Source: Chara braunii
Lineage: Eukaryota; Plantae; Charophyceae
Assembly (NCBI GenBank): GCA_003427395.1
Contig: BFEA01000023.1
Coordinates: 1,135,922-1,199,921, forward strand
Direction of reading: 5' to 3'
Length of the DNA stretch: 64,000 nucleotides
Shown here: positions 12,045 through 23,727 of the stretch, in pieces
Layout of the letters: the number at the start of each line of letters is the position of its first letter
Position numbering within the stretch: the first letter of the stretch is position 1
The notes under the pieces: model-generated
Seen by the model: only the letters and a program-made list of their open reading frames with translations
Databases searched by the model: none
Told to the model about the DNA's origin: nothing
Made by a program: the position numbers and the translations under genes

Positions 12045-13526
12045 CTGTACAAAAAGAATCTCATTGTCCTTGTCCCAACATTTGAGAATGTAGTCAGTAC
12101 CCCATTTTATCGCTTCCGTAGCACGGTCGATCTCCGAGCCAAACATATGTTTGTACTCCGCCACTCCCCACGAGAGCATGGTGATGGTGAAAGCCATTGG
12201 GAAATTGAACTTTATGCTATCCCCTGAGTCGTAGTAACCACCCGTTAGATCTCTCTTTACTTCCTTGCCGTCCGACAACCCAGAGTCACCCCGCCAGGGC
12301 ACCCGGTTATTCACAGGCAGTTTACCTGACCTCTGCGCTTCTAGAAACAGGAAGGTTTTCCCCGTTGCCTCCTCAAATACAGATCGCTGTCCTCTCAGAA
12401 GCTTTGTCTCCCACACTCCACCCTTTGCCTTTGGGGCAGCCGTGCTTGACCGAAGGTAGAAGTAGGCCATTACTAGCACCAGGACAACCAAGATCAATGT
12501 GAAGCATTGACCGCTCTTGCTTGTCGCCAGCGATTTGGGGTCCTTCACCTTTTTCCCAAAGCCATGATCCATCTCCAACTCGTCACCGTCTCCGTTACCT
12601 CTGTTACCTGGGGGCACCTCGTAGCCAGCTTCATTCGCCAACTGGCTTCGGCCCACGACAGTGCCCAGACCCGTACTTGGAACTTCTCTGGTATCGCTCC
12701 CGCGGCTAACCTCTCTTGTATATGGCATTTGCAAGGACAAGTCCGCAGCCGACCCATCAGCATCTCTCTCCTCCCCCTCGCCATCTGAGCCACCGTCACT
12801 GTCATCGGAGCTTTCTGCACCGCCGCCGTGTTCAAACCGTCTTGGCATATAAGAGAAAGGCTGGAGATGCAGTGTGCTCTGCTGCTGCCGCTCACTGCCC
12901 TTTTTTGAACCGTCCTTGCTTTCCCGAACTGCTGCCTCCTTTGCCGCATTTGTCATCATCTTCTCCATGTTTTCAATCTCCACCGCTCCTATTTCCGTGA
13001 CAAATCGATGGCCTGATCGGATTCCCAAGGAGCTAATGAGAGAGGAATCTGAACGAGTCCCAGAATCTGCAACAGCTGTAACTTCCGCATTTGCTTTGCG
13101 CCCTCCAACATTTCGGTTCCCCCCATTCCCCCCCCCATTCACCATTGGCGACGACGATGGTGGGGATTTCGCCGACACCGCATTTCCATTTCTGTACCCA
13201 TCATCCACCACCACTGTTTTCGTAGGCACGGTTGGCACTGATGTTGAAGCTTTTCGGACATTCTGAGATGCAGACTGTGGAGCTGCTAAGGGCCCACCGT
13301 GGGGCCGTTTCAACCGTACAGAAGGCAAAGCTTGAGGCAAGTTCCTTTCTGCTGCGAGGGTGACCTCCTCAAACTCATTCTCGTACAAGTTGTCGTCCTT
13401 TCGTAGCAGCAACGAGTCTGTCTCCAGCTCGCCTTCTCCTGATGAACCCCCCCATGACCTGGCATCGGCCTCGCTCGCACCCAGTCTCATTGACCTATTT
13501 GACAGTGATCTCTTTATTGGCTCCAT
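12045..13526 (-). CDS. GH9 endo-1,4-beta-glucanase (membrane-anchored, KORRIGAN/GH9A-like), exon 1 of 4
   Basis: First ATG after an in-frame stop is at 13526. The exon has 494 codons, with a hydrophobic TM segment (CFTLILVVLVLVMAYFYL, ~aa 341-358) followed by GH9 motifs AQRSGKLP, WRGDSGLSDG, DLTGGYYDSGDSIKFNFPMA and IKWGTDY. It ends CAG|GTAATT, phase 0. Confidence 0.93.
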
Positions 13527-13665
13527 GTTTTCCAAGACGGCATGCCTTACATTTCACAGCGAGATCTTGCTAAGACTTGGGCCCTGCAAAGTCTGTTACA
13601 AAAAGCTTTTGGTCAAGCACCGCCAACTTGTAGTGCACTTTCTCGTGTTTTCAGAGTAAACACAA

Positions 13666-13873
13666 CCCGCCCAATTATGACCGCCAAATTACCAAAGCCC
13701 TTTTACCAAAGCAACTAGGCTACAGCCAGGCCGCCCAATTATGACCGCCAAATTACCAAAGGCCTTTTACCAGAGCAACTAGAGGCTACAGCCAGGCCAA
13801 TGCACAGCAACAATAGCCCGCCCAATACGACCGCCAAATTACCAAAGCAACTAGGCTGCAGCCAGGCCGCCCA
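13666..13873. repeat. Three imperfect tandem copies of a host/MITE junction upstream of GH9
   Basis: CCGCCCAAT..GACCGCCAAATTACCAAAG..CAACTAGGCTRCAGCCAGGCC x3. Confidence 0.8.
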
Positions 13874-14127
13874 GGTCAACTTGTTTGCCCGGGCCGCCCG
13901 GCCGTGCAAGGGCCAAAGAAGGTCCCAGAAAAAAAGAAAAAGGAAAAAATATCTGAAAAAAAAAGCTATGTTATGCAGAAAAATCATCCGAATAACTTTT
14001 GCCTCAGGGTCACTTCGAGATTCTTTACCAAATTAAAAATTAAAAATTAAGTTAATTCTTTTTTTTCTTTTTTTTTCTTTTTTTTGCCCAGTCGGGCAAG
14101 TGGTCCCGAGCCACTCTCGTAGCCTAG
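13851..14127. mobile_element. hAT-like MITE family A, opposite orientation, ~325 bp upstream of the GH9 ATG
   Basis: Reverse-complement similarity to 1878-2174; CTAGGCT...AGCCTAG ends; TSD CAAAGCAA/CAAAGAAA (7/8). Confidence 0.8.
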
Positions 14128-14459
14128 CAAAGAAATGAGAAACAAATGGAAAGAGAGAGCATGCCTTCCACATCACTATGACATCTTGCTGAGAAATGTC
14201 CATTTGGTGTGCATTTCTATTACTCTATATAAATGAGACACAAATACAAAACCTCCACCATATGCGGTGCCATATCAATTGGTCTCAATGCAAGTCAACT
14301 TCGGCACAGACATGAACGTTGCGAACACCATCACCGTCTTCGACGAGAGGAATGTGGAGTCGTGATCTCTTCAACTAAGCTTGAAAATTGGACACAGTAC
14401 AATTTTTTAATGAACCCCACATTCTATTCGGGGGATGAAGGACGGTAGACTCAGTCTAG

Positions 14460-14576
14460 TGCTCCCGGCTTGGGCCCATTGACCCTGGCCAATTTTTGTA
14501 GGGGCCCAGTGGTAACCCGCGGCCTAGCGGCTCGCGGTACCTGGGCCTCAGTGGGGAAAAAAAAAAAAAAAAAAAA
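14460..14576 (+). mobile_element. Short retroposed sequence with poly(A) and TSD
   Basis: ~97-nt GC-rich body + A20; flanked by AG(A/G)CTCAGTCTAG direct repeats (core 14450-14459, 14579-14588). Confidence 0.8.
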
Positions 14577-14739
14577 GGCTCAGTCTAGCCAAATGGATGT
14601 GACTCCCTTTCATTGTCTTGTTCTTTTCTTTCTTCCTGTTTTTAATATTCTTAGTCGTGCAAACATTATTTTCTTTGCGATAAGGAACTGCAACATCGCA
14701 ATCCACACAGGTGGAGAGTACTTGTCAAGGAGGTAGAAA

Positions 14740-15560
14740 ATACTAGTGCCATCAAGGACCAGTGGAGAGACTACCAGACCATCTAGACGCTCCGAAACTG
14801 CGGAAGAAAAAAAGGGCAGGGCAAGTAGGTACTGAATACCCATCAAGGAGGATTGCAAAAGTCTAGGGAAAACAGTTCCCCGTCTAGTGTAGGTTAGGTA
14901 TTGGGAAAAAATTCAAAAAATACAAGAGGTGGTCCTGCAAGAACAGAACAGGTTGTGCATCGCCAAGGGGGTTAGCTCCGAATCCATATCAGTACAATTC
15001 CTGTACTCCCACCTGATCTAAGACCAACAATTCATCTTAATGATGGTGGTCCATTAGCAACCTTTGATTGAAATGATTCACAGCGTAAGGTAGTTCATAG
15101 GAAACTCTTTGGGAGATACAGCAAGGTATTTGGCCTGCTCCTCATTCATGAATGATATCTGAAAAAAGACTAGTTCAAGATGCTGTAGATGCATTAATAT
15201 AATAGATAAAAATGGTAGCAAGGTTGCGCATCCCCCGTGCATCCTCAATGTCTTGCCAGGGGAGTAGCAACCAGAATGCTGCTCGCCAGTATGGAGAGGA
15301 GTCGCAACACTGTCGCCATAAGGTATCAGTTACCCCATACAAGTCGCTCTTATAAACTTCCATGCTGTAAGTGGCAACTTTCACGGCTTTGCGCCTACAT
15401 GGCAGAGCTCACTCTCCTGGCCTTGGGGCTATGCCATCCTTTGTGAAAAGTGATTCAACTTTTATGAAGACTGGTGCTCGATTGATCCCTCAATCCCCCT
15501 GAGACCCCTCACAGAATTCCCTGACCCATTTCCACCCCCCCCATGTGTGCTAGTCCCCAC
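14740..15560 (-). mobile_element. Highly degenerate L1-like RT remnant
   Basis: Minus-strand fragments resemble RGLRQGDPLSP (RGLR..DQSSTSL), KYL and GL.V motifs, in L1 order, with many stops. Confidence 0.4.
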
Positions 15561-15799
15561 CTCCTGGTTCGGAATAGGGGATAACATGCGGGTCGAATAG
15601 GACAGAAAACACAGCTGGTTCATGCCACCATACTGTTAATAGTACCAATCCTTAACTGTTCTATCTGGCGCCCTGTTAGTAAGGGTGAAGAGGTACAGGT
15701 GGCAATGGAAGTTCCAAAAGCTCAGAGATCAATGGTCATCATCATCATCATTTTTCATTATCATTTACATCATCACTATCATCATCATTATCAGTAGTT

Positions 15800-16032
15800 G
15801 TGAATGTGGGACGCTGGGCCCGGTTCCCAGCATGTGCTGTACTATTATCTTTCCATTGTAATTCGAGGGACACTGGACCCGTTTTCCAGCAGGTGCAGCT
15901 CCCCACCAATAGACTGGAGCCCCCGGTGTCTCAGGTAGGAGTGTATGCTCTTATCATCACTCCTATCTGATGTCACGGGACTTTCCTTAAAAAGAAATAA
16001 TAATTAAAAAATGAAAAAGAAGAAGAAGAAGA
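15800..16032 (+). mobile_element. L1-like 3' end fragment with A-rich tail
   Basis: GGGACRCTGGACCCG..CCAGCAGGT..GCTCCCYACCAATAGA is shared with the L1 3' UTR at 44571-44615; ends GACTTTCCTT + A-rich tail. Confidence 0.6.
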
Positions 16033-16784
16033 AGATATCCACTAGGAATTCTTGAACCACCGGTACCCCGCCCCACCATTGGCACATTATCCGCTAGGAA
16101 TTCCGGAACCACCGGTGCTCCCCCCAGTATATGCAGTGCCATGCCGATTAACATGGGAACGCACTCAGATTTGGGCTTACTGCGAGTGGACTGCCCAAGT
16201 GTCTCTACTTCAGCGATTTTTCTCTCCCATTTCCTTTAACAAACTAATTTCCAAAAACAAAGCATGGGTGTAGGGTAGGTATGTGCTGCTGCATAATGGA
16301 AACATAATTGAAAATTTAAGAAAAAAACATAAGACGGTCAAAAAAAGTTCCGGTGCAAATGCATTGTGTATGGCAGCCACCACAAACCCCGAGCCCCGAA
16401 CCCCAACCCTCACGACGGTCCGGTAGTGCAGGGGTGGGCACAATGAAGGTCTGAGAAAAGTAGGCTCGGAGAGTCGGAAGTACTTGTGGTTTAAAACTGC
16501 ACTCAACACTCAGCACTGCACAGACGAAGAAAAGGCGCTCTAAGTTGAGGAAAAGGTTTGGGACTGCGCTGTGGCCGCCCTGCACAGGAAAAGGTACCAC
16601 TCCTCCGGGTCCTTGCTTCTACTCGAGACATACTCACACTAGGACTTGCCCAAACGACCAGGTTCCTAATTTTCAACGTGAGGCTCGTAATTTACAACGT
16701 GAGCCTTCTAGGCCTCACCAGCCCTGAGGACGGCCTCAGAAACACCGAGGCAGGTCTTCAGTGAAGACCTCAATCAGGTATCAA

Positions 16785-16847
16785 CCCAGCAGCCCCTCCA
16801 TTGGACCCAACAGCCCCTCCATTGGGCCCAGAAGCCCCTCCATTGGG
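16785..16847. repeat. 21-bp tandem repeat x3
   Basis: CCCARMAGCCCCTCCATTGGR units. Confidence 0.85.
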
Positions 16848-17644
16848 TTCCGACGGAGCAGTTGCCTGGGCCTGGAATCTGCCCGGGAGGAAGTGCCTAC
16901 CAGAGGGCCCAGAGCCCAGCTGCACAAGTGAGCAAAAGAAGCAAGGCCGGGGCATAGGGACATTGGACAGCGGGCAGTATCAGCTGGCAGCACGCTCCCG
17001 CACAGATGGGCAGCCTTGTGGTGGCTGCGCCGTGCAGGCGATAACGTGGTGAGCGGTCAGAGTTAGTCATGAAGGCAGAAAGTGGATATAGCCAAGTGCC
17101 GGCACATTGAAGAGCAGTGTTGTGGTGACTTCTTGAACGTGCACTTCCATTAACGGGTTGGCGAGTGCGGTGAAGGGGAGAAGGTGGCGAGTGGTCGGAG
17201 TTGCTCAGGGACAGACAGCAGCACTGTGGACTCACAGATACTCACCTGGTTTATGGCCAAGGAGCACCTATGTGATCGGACTCTTCAGCGGCATCTGCGG
17301 GAGGAGAGTGGACAGAAAGTGAGAGGCAGTAGGCTGGCATGAACAGGCCAGTGAAGGAAAGTAGTCTAGGCGGACACATCATAGATAAGGCTTCTACCTG
17401 CTTTCGTATTGATTGTTGGAGGTGCGAAGAACGCTTCCATTGTGGATAGACTTAATGTGTTCCATGTGTTCTTAAATCGGTGTGCTCTCAGATTTGTCAT
17501 TTGCTTTCAACTCATCTTACTCGTGGTTGGTCTTCAACGAGCTCTTGCATCTCCATTTTTTTGTGTACTCACATGTGATCTGCATTTCAGTATCGGAGCA
17601 GGTTCTCTGACACTCACCATCTAAGATGGCGAATTAGGTCTTGT

Positions 17645-17716
17645 GGTGCTTGCAGGTGCTTGCAGGTGCTTGCAGGTGCTTGCAGGTGCTTGCAGGTGCT
17701 TGCAGGTGCTTGCAGG
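17645..17716. repeat. 10-bp minisatellite (GGTGCTTGCA)x7
   Basis: Direct reading. Confidence 0.95.
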
Positions 17717-17723
17717 CAGTGCA

Positions 17724-17881
17724 TTAAACCACCAGTACTTGGCCCAGCTATCGACCGCGGAAAAAAATCGAGTAGAAATGTTTCTAGTTGGATGAATTTG
17801 GGCACTCCTGTAGTGGCCCGTACGTTTCCTAAAATCGTGGTGCGTTAACGGCCACGACTTTAGGAAGTACTGGTGGTTTAA
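17724..17881. mobile_element. MITE with TTAA(or TA)-flanked ACCACCAGTACTT TIRs
   Basis: TTAAACCACCAGTACTT...AAGTACTGGTGGTTTAA; inverted copy at 21939-22078. Confidence 0.75.
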
Positions 17882-19817
17882 CTTTATCGCCCGCTGGGTC
17901 GAACGCAGATGGGCAGAAGTTCCGTGCAATATGTTACCAATGACGTCAGAGTATATTGGTGTCTGTCCATGCTCGAGGAGGTACTGGCATTGTATTGTTG
18001 GTGGGTCCTTTGCATTGATCGGTCATTAACGGAGCATCATAAACAATTGATGAGATAGTTTGTGGTTGAGGCATTATCAAGTATCCGTAACCTTACCTGC
18101 CCTCCATAATATTCTTCTTACCCTGAGGAAGAGTGTTTTACTTAAATCTCTTCTCATTGTGAGCTGTGAATGTGCACAACCTAAGGACTCAACCTTCTTT
18201 TGGCGAATCTGGTGTGGGGCGGTGGTGTATGAAACGTGCCCAGCGGACGGCGTGAAGCACATGATGTGGAAGTACGAATCTGTTTGGCCAAACAATGAAG
18301 TCCACACTAAGCTTCAGCAGGCACCATAGGTACTTCCAGTCGGGTGGCCCATCGTTCTGTTGCGGCATTAAATACTTCCCTTTCCTTTTCTTTTTCTTAA
18401 CCAATCAATTCATATTAAGATATCGAAACGACGCTAGGGGCCTCACAATTCTACCCGGAATTATCCCGGCAGCCTTAGTCAGTTTCGCTTATAGAAAACC
18501 CAGAAAGGACAATACCTCCGTGCTAACCTAAAAAAGACTCATGCTGAAAAACAAAGTGCAAACATATTAGGGTCCTACTTGTAGCTAGATTAAGACGAAC
18601 CGGACGACCACTCTCATAAGGACCCAACTGGTCGGGACCTAAAGCGGTCCCTGAATTGGGAGTTCTAACACAAAAGATGCGATACTGTAGCCAAACCCAG
18701 TGACAAGGTGAGGCATCACCTGCTCAAAGTACTATTCCCCCTAAGTATCCTACCCCTTCCTCTACTTATCTGGCACCCGGCCCACTGCCGGGTCAGACTT
18801 GAGCCAACGGGACAGGACCCGTTTTCCAGTATCCAGAGAGACTGCAGCCAGGCTGTTCTTCTTGGCCAAGAGCGGAAGAACCATAACCTTGCCTTATATC
18901 CTTCAGGTTCTGGTTTGCTGAGTACTTTCCACCTCCAGTCTACAACTATCATCTCGCGCAAGGTGGATCTTTCATGCCCCGCTTCAAAGCCGCGTGAGGG
19001 AAGTCATTCGAAGAGCGACATAAAATAATTATTGTGGAAGCGGTCCTGTTGTGACTCTTAAATAAATCATTCCTGATGTGGTTTCAAGGGAAAGTTGTCC
19101 TGTTGCAATTATAAATAATTCCCAATCGGGTTGGCAACCTGCTGCTTCGTCTGTGCATTGGGCGGGTCCATTCCTTGTAAATAACGCTCTCTGGGACAAT
19201 GACAACCGTCAACTAAGGGGGTGAGAGGGAAATGAGAGAAGGCATAGACAACAGGTAGGTTCCAACCTGTATTACCAACTGGGTCACCTTGGCTGCGTGG
19301 GTGGCCCAGCCAGGCAAGGGCCAAGGAAGCTCACATTGAAATTCTTTGTCAAATTAAAATTAAACATTAGGGACAACTACGTTGACGTCACCTTCAAATT
19401 TCTAAGGCGCGAAAGGAACACACGCCCACAAAGAAAACACCTGCCGAGTTCAAAAACGCAATGGAAGTGCCACGGCCGTGGTGTCAGGCGCGGTGTCATA
19501 ACTTCAGGGGTCGGCCACGGAGTACGGGGAAAGAAAAGGAAAAAAAAAAAAAAAAAGAAGAAGGCCCAACGGATCCTTTTCTATCGAATTGCATTTTCGA
19601 ACTCGGCGGCTATTTTCTTGGCAGGCGCGCGTTTTTTTGCCCTCACAAACTCAAAACCTGCCACATCCGTAACTTTTCTAAAAATCATTCTTTTTTTTGG
19701 TCCCACCCAGGCAAGTGGTCCCGGCCACTCTGGTAACCTAGGTTCTGACAGTATACACGCTTGCCCAGGGTGTCAATTTCTGCCTGTCATATATTTTCTC
19801 GCGTCAAGCACAGACTA

Positions 19818-19922
19818 CCTTCTTCCCCCGAATACAACGTACGGTCATTATAGCTGGATTTGAGGCATCTTTCAGTCTAGATACAGCTAGAATGAACGTA
19901 CGATGTATTCGGGGGAAGAAGG
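19818..19922. mobile_element. Tc1/mariner (pogo-like) hairpin MITE
   Basis: TA|CCTTCTTCCCCCGAATA...TATTCGGGGGAAGAAGG|TA; same termini as 4985-5089. Confidence 0.75.
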
Positions 19923-20072
19923 TACTAAGTAAGCTATCCAAGACTGACTACTACTCTTAATTGGCTTGTATAGAACTGATTAGAAGCGCAAATCGTAGCT
20001 GCCAGGGATCTGGACATAATTATTGTACCACATCCCCTTTTTTTCTACTCTGCCTGAATCAACGTTGTTATT

Positions 20073-20194
20073 GGGCCTCGCTCCACTACTCTCGGCGTGC
20101 ACAAAAGACAAAAATCATGGTGGTGCATCTTTCCATATTCTAGAGGAAGATTCACTCCCATTTTGCACATTTCAAGAGTAGTGGAGCGAGGCCC
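20073..20194. mobile_element. Small PIF/Harbinger-like MITE
   Basis: TIRs GGGCCTCGCTCCACTACTCT / AGAGTAGTGGAGCGAGGCCC; TSD ATT. Degenerate relatives at ~35440-35545 and ~36010-36171. Confidence 0.8.
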
Positions 20195-20484
20195 ATTATA
20201 CACCCAATCGACTGCTAACTGGTAGAAGTCCGTCCTGAACTATCCTTTCTCTAGTTTGCAGTATACTCTGTCGGTCATGAGAAATCATATGTGCCCTAAA
20301 ACAAGATCACACCTGGTAAGTTTCTCAAGTATAGAGAACTGGGAGGCTGAACGGCAGGCACCAAGGCGAGAGGCAAGCGATCAAAGAAGAGCAATGCAGC
20401 GCGGAGGTTCGTCCACACATGGCTCATCGCAGGGCCAAGGAACACAAACTCCCACGAGTCAAGCTCAAACTCAAGAACAAGCTA

Positions 20485-20639
20485 CCATCGTCCCCTGAAC
20501 ATGACGCATGTGTTGTAAACGAATACAAGGCATAGGTTGCTTTCCATTCGAATACAACGCATATGCGTTCTATTTGAATCATCACTTCTTTTTGAAAACT
20601 CGAATACAACACATATGCATTATGTTCGGGGGAATACGG
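20485..20639. mobile_element. Tc1/mariner (pogo-like) MITE
   Basis: TA|CCATCGTCCCCTGAACAT...ATGTTCGGGGGAATACGG|TA. Degenerate relatives at ~14333-14445 and ~36797-36984. Confidence 0.65.
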
Positions 20640-20654
20640 TAGTCAGCTTGTTAT

Positions 20655-21566
20655 AGAGGTGTCCAATGTCTTCCATGCCGAAAGAATACAGAGGACAAGC
20701 TTCGAGATTTAGAAAACAGCAAGGAGAGAGAACCATTATACCGAAAAGCCTTAGTAGAGGGAGGGGAGCCAAACAAAGACCCTTTGAGGAGTTTCAATGA
20801 GAGCTGCAGTGTCCATGAGTGTTCCCCAAGAATGTATTGGGCCTCCATGAGGCGACACTTGTGATACATTCGTGGGAGGCAAAATAGACTCCATCCCGGA
20901 TTCCACGGACAGGTTGGCAACCCTTGAGGGGTATGCTGCCAACGCAGATGGGGAAACCTCTCCCATCCAACATTTTATTATCACCACAATGTCCCTACGG
21001 CCTCCAGCGCCAGTACCACAAGTCTACGGCCCAACTATAACGTCCCAGTCATCCCTCTCTTTGGAATAAAACCCTAGACTGGCAGTTTAGCTATGAGTCA
21101 AACCTAGCTCCTTGTACAGACTTCTGCACCTCAAGCAATGTGCAACTGCAGGGCTGTCTGCTCCTAGTAAGTCAACCAACTCAGCTCAATGGTTTAACCT
21201 GTTGTCTTCACTAGCAACAAAAAGGAGGAGAAAGAGGAGAACTTTTTAGATAATTGGCTGACGGAGTACGTACGATCATAAGGATGAAAGATACACACAG
21301 TAGAGAGGCAGGTTATAGTCGCAACATCATTCTTGCAAGCATCAGGAGCAAGCTGGCTAACAGGTACATTAGTGAAGGAGATGCATGTCAGGGATGAGCC
21401 TCTATTGGCTGAGAAAAACATATTAGAAGAGTTCATCGCAATGGTCACAGACCGCGTTCAGGATAGGAAGCAGACACAAAAGGCCACAGGTGATGACATA
21501 TTGCAAGCGATGCAGAGCCCCTCTGGAACCACGAAGAATGTGCCAAAACTACGGGTGAGAGATTGA
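20655..21566 (+). mobile_element. Probable Ty3/Gypsy gag remnant
   Basis: Broken ORF with coiled-coil-like and Pro-rich segments, then FLDNWL..YV...VERQVIVATSFLQASGASWL...EFIAMVTDR, resembling retrotransposon gag. No LTRs identified. Confidence 0.45.
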
Positions 21567-21938
21567 ATTGTGTGCATGGCATCAGAGCGGTGTATAAACC
21601 ACCACTACCGCAGAATGTATTCCGTCAAACAGACTTGAACCTAAAAAAATGTGCATGGCATGAGAGGCTGTATAAACCACCACTATGACTGAACGTATTT
21701 CGTCAAACAGACTTGGAACCCTAAAATACTACAAATTCTGGCCTGCCCCAACCCTGAAATGTCAGGCCGACCCGGGCACCAGCGATTCATATCAGCATCT
21801 ATGCATTTTGTTTGGCACAAACATTTTTCGTGGGCAATTCTTTCGTTTTCAGTTTCTGTTGAAAAAACTCTCTGATATGGCAGAACCTACCCTAGGTCCA
21901 GATTTTCTCCGGATTTTTTCGTCAACGGAAATGGAAAT

Positions 21939-22078
21939 TTAAACCACCAGTACTTCCTAGAGTCCTGCCCGTTAACGCACCACGATTTTAGGAAACGTAC
22001 CCAAATTCATCCGACTAGGAACCTCTCTACTCTTTTTTCTTCCGTGGCCGATAGCTGGGCGAAGTACTGGTGGTTTAA
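21939..22078. mobile_element. Second copy (inverted) of the TTAA-flanked MITE
   Basis: Same TIRs; body is the reverse complement of 17724-17881 minus an ~18-bp internal hairpin. Confidence 0.75.
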
Positions 22079-22299
22079 AATTGCAAAAGTTACGGTGACC
22101 CCCCTTGCCTCCGGTAGGCCAAGCCTTTCATAATGCAACCTGTAAATGGCTGCAAGCTCCGAAAAGTGGAGAGGAGGGGGGAGGGAGGGGGTTCTTAACT
22201 GGTGGTTCAAACCACCAGTCAATCCAAAGTTACTGTACGTATGCGATTACAGAGTAATGGATGAAGAGTAAGTTCAGGCCCCAACCTGTCTGTGGGGGC

Positions 22300-22971
22300 T
22301 GCAGTACCAACTGGGCCGCCCCGGTCCCTTTGGTTGCCCAGGCAGCCCGGGCGGGCAAAGGGCCAGGGAAGGTTCAGAAAAAAAAAAAAAAAAAAAAAAA
22401 AGGGGAAAAATCCCCAAAAAAACTATGTCATGCAGAAAAATAACCGAACAACTTTTGCCTCCGGGCATACTCACACTGCGACCCCAAATCAGTAAAATAT
22501 GCAGATTTGGGAAGGGCCTATTTGAGGTTTTGGCAATGCTTCGGGTCGGACTGCTGTACATTTTCGGATGGGACAAGGTCGCGGCAGTTTGGAGAATTGG
22601 GGATTTGGTACTTCACTGGTCACACTTTGCCATCCACAAATTGTGCAAGAACTTTCGTGAAATTTTCAAAGAAAATGCGAAAAAATAAATAGGGCATTTG
22701 CGGTCATCTCCAGAGGTGACCGCAAATTCCCTTGCCCCGCGGCTTCCCAGGCCGCTGACAAATGGGCACACAAACAGTACACTTGGTATTTTGGCAAATC
22801 TGTGTGACTGGCCCTCTACCCGTTCTTTGGGGGAATTTGGGATTATAGGTCCCGGTGTGAGTATGCCCTCCAGCTCGAATTGACATTCTTTGCCAAACTA
22901 CAATTAATTTTCTTTTATTTATTGTTTTTGGCTCGACCAGGTAAGTAGTCACGGGCCACTCTGGTAACATA
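22300..22971. mobile_element. Degenerate MITE family A copy carrying a nested MITE
   Basis: Shares ATGCAGAAAAATAACCGAACAACTTTTGCCTC and GGCCACTCTGGTA with family A. A further family A end lies at ~19710-19741. Confidence 0.65.
22463..22868. mobile_element. PIF/Harbinger-like MITE nested in the family A copy
   Basis: TIRs GGGCATACTCACAC...GTGTGAGTATGCCC; 3-bp TSD TCC. A related element lies at ~33342-33610. Confidence 0.8.
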
Positions 22972-23727
22972 CTGTGGAAGGCCCGTACTTTTTAATAATA
23001 CAGAGAGGCCGGTGCCAGTACCGTGTTGATTCTTCCAACCACCGTTGCCAGTCACTTTTGGGCCCGTCAAAATGCACTTTTTGGTTCGTCCATTTAGATT
23101 CGAATGAACGGGTAGTTCCAAGAGCATGATGATTGAACTGTCTAGAAACAACTGGGCCTGAGCCATTGGGATCAGACCATCCTCAGTCATATAGGAGAAC
23201 CACAAAGGCAAACACTTCGGTCGGCCAGAGCAGCCACTTGCCTGACTGGCTGGATATCATACTCTATATCCTTTGTGTCAATCTGGTTGGTTCTCTTTCT
23301 TTTTCAGAAAGATTTTCAATTTATTCATTTTTTTATTTTTCTAATTTCATCTATGCTGTGTTTATTTGCTCATTTGTGAAACAGCAACGGCCTAACGTAT
23401 CATCATCATATCGGCGGGTCCCAGGTAATTCAGCGTAATTTTCTGCCATCAGGCAGATTCACTAAAATGCTAACAGCTCAGAAATACTCGGGAGCAGTCC
23501 GTTGGAATGTAATATCCCAGCCACCTCGATCTCGGAGAACCATTTCGTATGGCAAGAATTTGTACTGCTCGGCAAGCTCAAAACCAACCAGGGCGGCACT
23601 CTTTTTTTCCCTCATTGGCCAAAGAAAAGAAGGGCCCTGAGCGTGTCCTTCCGCGCATCCGACAAAATTAAATTGGAACGATTGTCCCTGCACAAGGGTG
23701 GCAAAAAAAAAGAAGGGCCCTGAACAA

